Program-made: the position numbers and the translations under genes
In this document: piece after piece, positions 40,587 through 50,245 of the stretch
How the letters are laid out: every line of letters starts with the position of its first letter
Position numbering within the stretch: position 1 is the first letter of the stretch
Notes under the pieces: generated by a model
The model's input: the letters and a program-made list of their open reading frames with translations, nothing else
What the model was told of the DNA's origin: nothing
The model's database searches: none
Assembly: GCA_048772705.1 (NCBI GenBank)
Contig: JBLWGC010000180.1
Location: 92,709-156,708, forward strand
From: Leidyana gryllorum EB-2025a
Taxonomy: Eukaryota; Protista; Apicomplexa
DNA: 64,000 nt
Reading direction: 5' to 3'

Positions 40587-41325
40587 CTAAGCACGACGCG
40601 AACGCCTGACTGAAGTCTGATCCACTTCCTCTGGCTCCTGCAAACGAGGAGCTAGGGGACGTGTCACTCGTCCAATAACCCTGAGAGAGTCGACCAGCAT
40701 TTCTGCGAGCTCCTACCGGTCAATCTTGTCCCCGTGTTGCCTCAACAGCGGTCGGATCACAGCCTTATAGACCACAGTGGCTCCCTGCAAGCGGTTTAGT
40801 TGGATGTGGTGAGGATGCGGGCTCACCTGATACTGAGGGAGGAATAGCCAAACCAGGAAAATGAGCTTCAATATGTAGTAGAAGGGGATCCAGAACAGCA
40901 GAGAATCACTGAATATCTCCAGGAACGAGAAGAAGGCGTAAACGACCCAGTATGCCAACCTGAAGGGCATCAGATTTGACCATTTTGAACTCACCATTGT
41001 CGGGTCTCCTCAGGACTGTTGCACTCGATTGCCTTGAAAGACGCCCAGGCAGGATAGAAGAAGCCCACCACACCTCTTCGCAATACCCAACTTTGAAACA
41101 AATCAGTTTGTGAGGTACCACTTACAGGATGAAATCCTCGAGATGGCCAACCAGCAGTAGAAGCAAAGCGACAGACGCAACTGGAAGGTAAACTGGCCTA
41201 ACATTACACAGGCGTGCCACATGCGCCACTGCTGGTACATCCTCAAGATACTCATCCCCTCGATTGAAATAGAAGAGGCCGGTCTCATACAGTCCGCGTG
41301 GGGGGGGAGGTGATGTCTCAACCAT
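40587..41325 (-). CDS. HVA22/TB2/DP1 (REEP/Yop1) ER-shaping protein
   Basis: LAYWVVYAFFSFLE...WIPFYYILKLIFLVWLFLPQYQGATVVY..IRP. Confidence 0.9.
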
Positions 41326-41405
41326 AGGGCAGCGTCGTGAGTTTACACGAGCCACTTGTTTTTTAGCGAACCACATCGCGTGTACTGAGGAGGAAAAGCT
41401 GTACT

Positions 41406-42416
41406 CTAGAAGACCTTCGCCAGGGGACGATTGAAACCCCCTTGACGGTTCATATATTGACGGTATTGCCGCTTTGTCTTGCGGCTGACTCCGCTCATTT
41501 CACTTTCCGTGTGATCCTTCCCTTTCGAAGTCGAGAAACCTGTTACGCCTATCATTCGGGACATGAGTGCGGTCTCTTGATCCAAGCCTCCTTCTGGGGC
41601 TTCTGCACCTTCTTCACTCGAGATAGACATTTGGTCTTCGTCTTCACCAACCGGCGCGGGAGGTTTTTTGATCGACGCGCGATGAGCTTCCAGCTGCTTT
41701 GCTAAAGTTGCTGCAGCATGTCGAGACTCGTCCAGAGCGGAACCGTCTCCGTCATCATCCATGGACCTCAGCAGTTTGAGTTCGCGCCTCCGTTGAGCTC
41801 GAATGTCATTGGGATCATCTGATTCACTGCTTTCATTCTCCAGGGACATACGCCGTGATGAGCTCTGAGGCGACCGGCGTCCAGTAGGCGTGGCGCCTCC
41901 CCGGGAGAATCCCCTCGGATTGGGAGATGAACCTCTCTTCCTCGACGGGACTCCTCTACTCGCTGGTGGAGACCGCCGTCTTGCCGGAGAAGCACAAGGG
42001 CCGAAAGAAGATCGTCTCGTTGAATTTATTCGATAGTTCCTGCTCCAGCCTTCCCTCGCAGTTGGGGACAACATACGTCGTTCTCGACGTCCTCCTTTAT
42101 AGTGATGATGACTGGGCTGGGAATGTGAGACGGAGGAGTGCTTCTCCGTGAAAGAGCGTGATGTTGGTCGGGGTAGGGATCCGTCTTCGTCTTCGCTGTC
42201 CATTACATGTCTCCTCTTGCGGGGAGGTGATGGTGCTTTGGTGTCCAGTGGTGGGGGGCGCGAACGTCTGTGATACTCGTCATCACCTCTCACTCTATCG
42301 TCGTCCATTCCTCTCCGGCGATCGCCATACCTTCGAGCTTCTCGGCGTGCCTCATAACGATCAGCGTCGCCTTCTCGATTCTCAACCCTTCGCCAGTCGG
42401 CGTCTGACCTGGGCAT
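41406..42416 (-). CDS. SNRNP27: U4/U6.U5 tri-snRNP 27 kDa protein
   Basis: RS-rich N-terminus; C-terminal MIGVTGFSTSKGK...KRQYRQYMNRQGGFNRPL. Confidence 0.9.
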   Translation of the reverse strand: MPRSDADWRRVENREGDADRYEARREARRYGDRRRGMDDDRVRGDDEYHRRSRPPPLDTKAPSPPRKRRHVMDSEDEDGSLPRPTSRSFTEKHSSVSHSQPSHHHYKGGRRERRMLSPTAREGWSRNYRINSTRRSSFGPCASPARRRSPPASRGVPSRKRGSSPNPRGFSRGGATPTGRRSPQSSSRRMSLENESSESDDPNDIRAQRRRELKLLRSMDDDGDGSALDESRHAAATLAKQLEAHRASIKKPPAPVGEDEDQMSISSEEGAEAPEGGLDQETALMSRMIGVTGFSTSKGKDHTESEMSGVSRKTKRQYRQYMNRQGGFNRPLAKVF

Positions 42417-42594
42417 TTTTTTGTTTACTTTTCAGAAGAGGGCGTCGATTTTGGTCGGACAAAGCTGCTTGGATGGAACCGATCGTATCTGCAAGCGAGG
42501 AAGACACTTTTTCCTTCGTCTGAGCACTCGAAGTTGGGCAAACTCGTGTCCCATCTCGCCATCTGCGTCTCGATAAACGTCCCCTAATCCCTGT

Positions 42595-43578
42595 TCACTT
42601 AGCTATCGGTGTGGCAGTTGGTGTACATACCTGAATTGCACCAGTAGGCGTGTCCAACATATTGACCAACGAGGCGGGCAGAGCGCTGGGCCTGGATGCC
42701 TTCCGGGTCTTCGGACATACATCATCTTCAGTGACCTCTAAAGCTACGAGATTCTCCAACGACTCACAAAGCGCATTTTCTGTCCTTTCACCCCACTTAG
42801 ACGTAAGATAGCGTGCACATTGCAGGACCATATAGCTCAGGAAAAGGAAAGTCCAGAGATCGGCACCCTGCAACATCTTGCCGCGTCTAAAGACCTGAAT
42901 GAGATCGTCTCGACGACAGCCCACGAAGACCAAAAGGCCAACTATGTCGGGAGACAGACTCCAGGAGGTGATTGGTCGTCTATGAGGAAGTTGAAGAATG
43001 GAAACGAGAAGGACCAAACACAAATCGAGTTGGAAGTGCTTCGGAGGTCTGTACAGAATTGCCGAGCCCACTAGCAATGTCCATATTTTAGCATAAACCC
43101 AGGGCCATTCGCTGAGACTTTCGCGCAGCGACGTCTCCATGAGCGCACTCAACTCCAGAATAGCAGGAGGAATGCGATGACCTAGCATCCCATTGATAGG
43201 TCGCATGCCATACTCCCGCCAGATGAAAAGCGACTGACCCAGAGCGTGGAGACCGTACGCGGCCAAGCCACAGACGTTGATCACATCTGTGTGTCTTCGG
43301 ATACCACCACGCCACCAACGCACAGTATGCAGCCAGCAGACTACTAGGATCCAAATATAAGCCAGTACAACGAGCCCCTGTCAATTTTGTATACTCCGCA
43401 AAGCACACTCTCTCACCCGGTCGGTCAAATGGCTAGCGCACCTGACAACTTTGGATGTATGCAGAGTCTTGTATTGAATTTGTTGTCGCACTTGTTGACG
43501 GGCTCTTGCCGAAGTTGAAAGGGCTAAATACTGCAGTACGACCCCCGACAAGATAAGCCATTTGTAAGAAGCAAGCAT
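42595..43578 (-). CDS. Hypothetical multi-TM protein
   Basis: Hydrophobic ORFs 43381-43578 and 42595-43323, probably spliced together. Confidence 0.5.
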
Positions 43579-43605
43579 TCACTTTTGCGGAAGTAAAAAA
43601 TGAAC

Positions 43606-44403
43606 CTACAAGCATCTCAATTGACAGCTTCTCATTTCGCTAACAGCATTATGAACCTCCATTCGATATGCCCCCAGCCCCTTCTGCTCTGATTTCCGTG
43701 CAGCCACCTCCCCTGCTACCCCCATAGTGAGGACCCCTGCTATCACTCCGTCGTACACATTACGAGCTACTCCCACGTAGGCCCCAATCAGAGATGAACA
43801 CATACATCCACTCCCCGTCACATTCGAGAGCTCTGGGTGGCCGTTAGTAATACAGCAGGTATTGTCACCATCGCATATGACGTCAATGCGTCCCGTAACA
43901 GCTGTGACACACCCATATCTTCGAGCTAAGATTTGAGCGGCTGGGATTGAGGCAGCAACTCCCTAGGCACAATCCTCCTCCGAGGCATCCACGCCCCGGG
44001 TGCGGCTCTCCATGCCAGCGAGATTGCGCATTTCCGACGCATGCCCCCGTATCGCGGCGAAGGAGACTCCTTCCAGTAGTTCAGCGGCTGCTTCGTTACG
44101 AAATTTGTTTGCACCCACCCCTACTGGGTCCAATATGACGGGTATACCTTTCTTGTTGGCAGCCCTCCCTGCTTCAAGCATTCCCCGAACTTGATTGCGG
44201 TCAGCTGTCCCCAAGTTGATCACAAGACTGGCGGCTAGATTTACAAGCTCTTCGACCTCCTCAATCTCGTGACACATGAGTGGTCTTCCCCCCAAGGCTA
44301 CAACGATGTTGGCACAATCGTTTGCGGTGACGTAATTAGTCAGATGCAAGACGAGAGGACGATGCTCCCGCACGACTTCAATCAACTCGGTCGCACTCTC
44401 CAT
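43606..44403 (-). pseudogene. thiM: Hydroxyethylthiazole kinase (bacterial-type), intronless, interrupted by one in-frame TAG at 43963-43965
   Basis: PLVLHLTNYVTANDCAN, LVINLGT, LDPVGVGA, IRGHASE. After the TAG the same frame continues AVTGRID...GHPELSNVTGSGC..SSLIGAY. Confidence 0.85.
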
Positions 44404-44418
44404 CCCCGAAAATTGGCC

Positions 44419-46942
44419 TCACTTGATTCCCCCTGATTCTGGATAAGACGATAGTGACACACAACCTCCACCGACCGTTAAATGAAGTCGCGGTTTGGAT
44501 TGAATGCCGAATCCTCGGGGTCGATCAACGTTCCTATGACAATGGTTTGCGGGAAACAAAAACATTTTCGCACTCACCTAGCAACTCTGTACATGTAGTA
44601 CCAAGGTTGTATGTCGTCTTGCACAATAACGTGTGGATTCGCGTGGGGCTTAATCTCCGCAGGAGGCTTGCTGAGTTCCAAAAGACGAAACGCAAATACT
44701 TCTTGCTTATCTGACAAGAGAAACACCTCTTTCTCCTGGATGCAGCAATCTTCCCATTGCCTTCCAGCGGTTATAGCAGATCGAATTGCCACTGGGTTCG
44801 AGAGAATGAGATTCTTGGCCAACGGTGCAGAATGCATCTCTCGACTTGCGACATCTGACTTCAGGAAAATGTCAAAGTCCCCCCACACCCAGATCAAATC
44901 GCTTCCTTCGCACGCAGGCAAGGCAACACTCACGTAGTCGCTCGACACAATCTTCTTGAATTTCATAGGATGATGAAAAGAAGATACAAGACGAAAGACA
45001 ATGCTCCACCCTGGTCGGGCTCGTTGTGAGTACGATTCCATTCGTCGAGGCTGCCCTTCGGCCGTTACCTTTGCGATGGAAGGAGCTTTGCTTCCGTCGG
45101 GGGAGGGAGGAGGATGGCGGCTGGCAGCACGCGATTTGAGAGATCCAAAGAGTGACGGAAGTTGACCCTTCGCTGCATTGTGTGTTGCTGCTCGATCGGC
45201 GGGTGAAGCCAGACTCGTATTGGCTCCAACTTCCTTGGCTTTGCCCAAATGGGCGGATTGTTGCAGCGGGAAGCCTAATTGACCGGCTTCATTCCTTCCC
45301 CACAGGAGCAGAGCATCGGGAGCATTAATGGACGGTGAGGACAAGTGAATAAGTCCGGAACCGCGCCTACAACATAACTGATGGAAGGGAGTATCTCGTC
45401 AAGTCAATTGTCTCACTGATTTGATGATCCAATCGCCAGGTTTGTGGGTCAAGTACTTCTCCAAGCGGAGACGTTCGGGCCAAAACAGATTTTGTAATGG
45501 TGGATTCGTCGCCAAATGGACATACGCACATGCCCCCCAGATGTATACAGTTTGATCATCTAACATCGCCAGCGCGTGTCTCTGGCCAGCATAATACTGA
45601 ATGACCTTCCGACCTGCGCTGTTGAGTATTGGTACCATCCGTGGAGAAGGAATGTATCGTCTCCTGCGAAAGTGAGGACAGCAAAGGCCGCAATTTCTCA
45701 CCTGGGGCCTTGGCCACATCGTCCGTCTTCATTATCACCCCAGCTGAATAATCTCCCATCATTTGTTAAAGCTAAGCTGTAATCTTGACCAGCTTGTATT
45801 TCCACTATTCGAAAGGTGAAATCTACAGTGCGGCAAACACTAGGCACTTTCTTCTGAATGAGATATGTCTTCAACTCGCTCTCGAATGTGCTGTCGTCGA
45901 TAGTCTCGCCCCCACTAGCAGTATGCTCGTGGACGTCCCAAATACCTGATTTCAGTCTCTCTTCCTTGGTCAGGTGATTACGAAGCTCTTGGTCTCTTTC
46001 CTCTCTCACGGCGTTCTCCTGGTGCAAACCTTGTCGGTATAAGACGTAGTCGCGCTCAGAGAAAGTATGCTGAAATCTGATTAACCGAGCTCCATTGCGA
46101 TCATCCTTGCTTCGAAAATCCCCTCCCCATATATCCAGTTGAGGCTGAGGACCGTCTTGTGATAATTGGAAGTGATGATTCGAGCCCCAGCCGAAAACAC
46201 AGTTGATCTCGCCATCTAACGTTCGACTCAACTTAACCACATCCTCTTTGGTCAAGAAATGATCTTGTAGAGTGCTCACAATACTCAAAAGATCTTCGGC
46301 TACCAAACACAAACTGAAAGTTGCGGTCACCACCAGCTGACGGATCTCGAAACTTTCATGCGCTAGATCAATTCCGTGACTCACACCACGGAAGGAAAGG
46401 GAATTGTTGTCGACGGGCTCGGGTAAAGTCTGCAACGTTGTATAACGTGGCGCAGCAGGCTCAAACAGCCTCTTGAGTGCCACTTGACGACGTAAACAAC
46501 TACGAAGATAGGCGGTCAGAAACTTAGCCAACGGCAAGCCCCATCCGCTCGGGTAATGACGAGTGAAATCAGTAGCCCTCTATGCATCAGTGTATACGTA
46601 AAGACGAGTTGAACCTACTTTGAGCTGGAGGATAGACACCACACGGCTTCGCCACCTGGCCTCAAGGCGAGACTTCAGCTCTTCATCCAGCTCTGATGGT
46701 CGGGACTGAGCTGAATCTGACAATAATACCCGGAATCCAGTTGAAGGAACTCTCAAAGCCTCATTCTCCAGTTTCACCCTTGCTGGCGAGTTCTCGCACA
46801 CACTGACGTTTCGAACTGTTCGTCGTCGACTACGGCTCTCCGTAATGCGAGGACGATTAAGCTGCCTCAGGAAATTGTTGATCTCATCAACATGCTCAAT
46901 GACCTGCGGTGAACGCTGAAGTGGCCTCTGAGGGGTACGCAT
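44419..46942 (-). CDS. RCC1-repeat protein, multi-exon
   Basis: IQAGQDYSLALTNDGRLFSWGDNEDGRCGQG, YAGQRHALAML..VYIWG, WGRNEAGQLG. Confidence 0.8.
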
Positions 46943-47073
46943 TTCAGCCTGTTGACACAAACAAACACGGTCGTGTGTGATGGTTGCGCCCGCAAAAGCA
47001 GAGTCCGACACATGCGTCACAATGTCTCATGCGTCGTGCTGTTATCAATGAACCAATCGATTGCAATGCAGAC

Positions 47074-47530
47074 TGTTAGGTTTCATACCTACTGACCCGA
47101 GGTCTGACGGAAGGCGGGAAACGGATCGGGTGACGGTCATCGTAAGTTGGTTTGGGCAAGCAACTAAAAATCGGTTAGCACGTGTGTTATCGGTCTACTT
47201 CTGGGGCCGGTTGTACTTGAGGGCGCAGCAGCGGCCACGCGGCGTTCCTACGGCGCATGGGCGGTGTGGTGGTCTCAAGTACAGCCGGTTTCACAAGTGT
47301 CTCTTCTTTCGGCATCACGGGGCGTGCCCCGGGTGTGACAATCGGGCTGAGTGAGCTATCTAAGCTACCTACGTCGGAGCAGACGGCCTCCTATGGTCGT
47401 TCCGGTGTCCTCCTCTAACCTAGGGTTCCGATCTAGCAGTGGAACGGGGGGAGGCGAGGAGTCTATTCTAACATCCCTCCCTTCCAAAATTTCGTAGGGG
47501 TCGCGGGGGTTTTGAAGGGAGTAAGCGCGT
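47074..47530 (+). other. GC-rich non-coding segment with several hairpins (unclassified repeat/TE fragment or structured RNA)
   Basis: Stem GCCGGTTGTACTTGAG (47206) / CTCAAGTACAGCCGGT (47274) and further G-U-containing stems. It is the target of the first Helitron-like copy. Confidence 0.4.
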
Positions 47531-47664
47531 TGTGCAGGTTGTGCAGGTCGGCGAAACCCGCAAGGGTGAGCCCGACCATTACCGTAGGTTTTTTGGGGGT
47601 TCTTAGGGGGTACCAGAAACGACTTTTAGTGAAATAGGAATTTGATTAGGAGCTCTAGACTAGC
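47531..47664 (+). mobile_element. 5' ends of two nested Helitron2-like copies (copy 0 at 47531, copy 1 at 47540)
   Basis: TGTGCAGGT|TGTGCAGGTCGG: copy 1 sits at the T^C of copy 0's terminus, and copy 1 is interrupted at 47665. Confidence 0.7.
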
Positions 47665-47738
47665 TGTAACCGGTCGGCCGGTTAGCGCGAGTACCGCTAC
47701 GTAGACTAACTCCCATTCGGAATCTCTGTCCCCCTGTT
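47665..47738 (+). mobile_element. Second LTR-like sequence, part 1
   Basis: Starts TGTAAC and shares ACCGGYCGGCCGG..GCGAGTAC with the chromovirus LTR. It continues at 54157. Confidence 0.5.
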
Positions 47739-48540
47739 TGTGCAGGTCGGCGAAACCCGCAAGGGTGAGCCCGACCATTACCGTAGGTTTTTTGGGGGTT
47801 CTTAGGGGGTACCAGAAACGACTTTTAGTGAAATAGGAATTTGATTAGAAGCTCTAGACTAGCTCTCTCGCTTACCTTAGGAATAGTAGTGGCCTGATTA
47901 GTTGGCAGCCAGATTTTAGGCGAAATCTCACCGCTAGAATAGGAGATAGGCGTCTCTCTCGAGCTCTCTGAGACACGAGAAGGCCTGATTTTTGCAAAAA
48001 TGAGACTTCCCAAACTTCAATTGGCTCGTTCGCTACAGCAAACTAGCCTCCCATCGAGATGTAAGGGTCGTCAGACTCCTTAATTTAGCTCTCGTGCGGC
48101 TCGCAAGCAACAGATAGCAGCCCAAACGAGCCACCTTTCCCAAGATTTGGTGTGCGAGACGTGGGACTTGTACTGTTATTTTTGTTCTCAGATCCAAAAA
48201 GCCCTCTTCTCGCTCGCGCTCGCTTTCTTCCCCGCAGATGTTCCCAAGACGTGACCTCGTGCCACTCAGACTGGTCTGGCACGTTCCCACACCAAGTAAG
48301 TTCCCGCAACTCATCCCCACACATCCCAGAAAGCCCCCAAGGAGCTTCGCCACTTTGCGACCAGAACCTCACCTCCCCGTTGTGCACTTTTTATCCCAGC
48401 CAACTGACCCCCATTCGCTACCTGCCCCAACCAGCATCCAGTGACGCCCCAGCTAACATCTCATTGAGTCATTCTCAGTCTCCCCTACCGTCTTTCTCGT
48501 CTACTGAGGTTATTGGGTGGCTCTAAGCGAAATTTATTAC

Positions 48541-48710
48541 ATTTTTTGATGTCGTCACCCTTATCTCGTTACAAGTTTATCGGTGTTTTTTGATGTCGTC
48601 ATCCTTATCTCGTTACAAATTCATCGGAATTTTTCATGTCGTCATCCTTAACCCGTTACTAATTCATCGGAATTTTTCATGTCGTCATCCTTAACCCCTT
48701 ACCAAATTTT
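48541..48710. repeat. 4 x 43-44 bp tandem repeat inside the element (also ~51050-51215, ~55965-56135)
   Basis: ATGTCGTCA recurs at 48549, 48593, 48636 and 48679. Confidence 0.85.
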
Positions 48711-48794
48711 TCAAAAAAGCAGAGTTCGTCACCAGTGTGCAACTTGTACCAGATGATACTTGTGTTACACATCTCTTTGCAGCACCTTCAATAC

Positions 48795-49965
48795 CCCTTT
48801 GCAACATGTTCGAGACTTGTTTGCGACATGTTTGACACTTGTTTGCTACCTGTTTCACACTTATTTCCTACTTGCTTCCTACTTGTTTGATACTTCTTTG
48901 AAACTTGTTTGCCACATGCTTTACACTTGCTTCCCACTTCTTTGCCACATCTTTCATACTTCTTTGACACTCAGTTGAGACTTGTTTGCCACATGTTAAA
49001 CACTTTTCTGCCACATATTTCACACTTGTTTGATACTCGTTTGACACGTGCTTGCCACTTCTTCGCCACATGTTTAACACTTGTTTGAAACTCCGTTGAG
49101 ACTTGTTTAACACTTTTTTCCCACATGTTCCACACTTGTTTGACACTCGTTTGAAACTTGTTTGCCGCATGCTTTACACTTGCTTGCCAGTTCTTTGCCA
49201 CATGTTTAACACTTGTTTGAAACTCCGTTGAGACTTGTTCGCCACATGTTTAACACTTTTTTGCCACAACTTGTTTGATACTTCTTTGAAACTTGTTTGC
49301 CACATGCTTTACACTTGCTTGCCAGTTCTTTGCCACATGTTTAACACTTGTTTGAAACTCCGTTGAAACTTGTTCGCCACATGTTTAACACTTTTTTGCC
49401 ACATGTTCCACACTTGTTTGACACTTGTTTGCGACATCTTTGGCACTTGTTTGCCACATGCTTTACACTTGCTTGCCAGTTCTTTGCCACATGTTTAACA
49501 CTTGTTTGAAACTCCGTTGAGACTTGTTCGCCACATGTTTAACACTTTTTTGCCACATGTTCCACACTTGTTTGACACTCGTTTGACACTTGTTTGCGAC
49601 ATCTTTGGCACTTGTTTTGCTACTTGTTTGCGATATGTTTGCCACATCTTTGACACTTGTTTGCTACTTGTTTGCCACGTGTTACACACATGCTTCTCAC
49701 TTGTTTGACACATGTTTGCCACATGCTTGACACTTGTTTGCTACATGTTTGACACTTGTTTGCGAGTTGTTTGACACTTGTTTGCCACATGTTTGCTACT
49801 CTTTTGACACTTGTTTGCGAGTTGTTTGCAACATGTTTGAGACTTGTTGCGAACTTGTTTGACCCTTGCTTCGCGACATGTTTGACACTTGTTTGCCACA
49901 TGTTCGAGCCTTGTTTGACACTGGTTTCCGAGTTGTTTGACACTTGTTTCACACTGCTACTTGAT
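48795..49965. repeat. 11-bp minisatellite (CACTTGTTTGA/CACATGTTTGC-like), copy 2
   Basis: Visible 11-nt periodicity with higher-order blocks. Confidence 0.92.
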
Positions 49966-50245
49966 AGGTACTTAAATGACACTTCTTACAAGTCATTTGA
50001 ACTCATACATATCGTTCCGGACCAATTGCACGCAAGATTGATGCCATTGGTTCGTTCTGCTTATCACATTCACGATACGTTGCTAACTATTCCATCAATA
50101 AATAAGTCTCACAGAAACAATGGGTACGGGGAAGCGCCCGAGCGAAGCGACAAGGGCGCTCCCCACACCCCATCAATACTTCTTCACGCACACTATTACT
50201 CAACGTACATATCAGCCTTAACATCCCGCTCGTACACTAACAATT

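Noticed and set aside
12998-42416. Four splicing-related genes (PRP16, PRCC, RBMX2, SNRNP27) within 30 kb
   Set aside because: Interspersed with unrelated genes; compatible with chance in a reduced genome.
43963-43965. Alternative genetic code (TAG reassigned)
   Set aside because: TAG terminates conserved genes here (HCF101, SNRNP27, PRCC, PRP16).
47412-47428. CTAACCTA as a telomerase template
   Set aside because: An 8-mer is expected by chance, and the host telomere repeat is unknown.
47375-47465. HDV-like ribozyme topology (GGAGC/GTTCC, GCC-TCCTAT-GGT, AGAC/GTCT)
   Set aside because: P1 is only 5 bp, L3 is short and J4/2 is non-canonical. Not supportable without a descriptor search or cleavage assay.
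48541-49965. CRISPR-like regular repeats
   Set aside because: No unique spacers, no cas genes, eukaryotic context.
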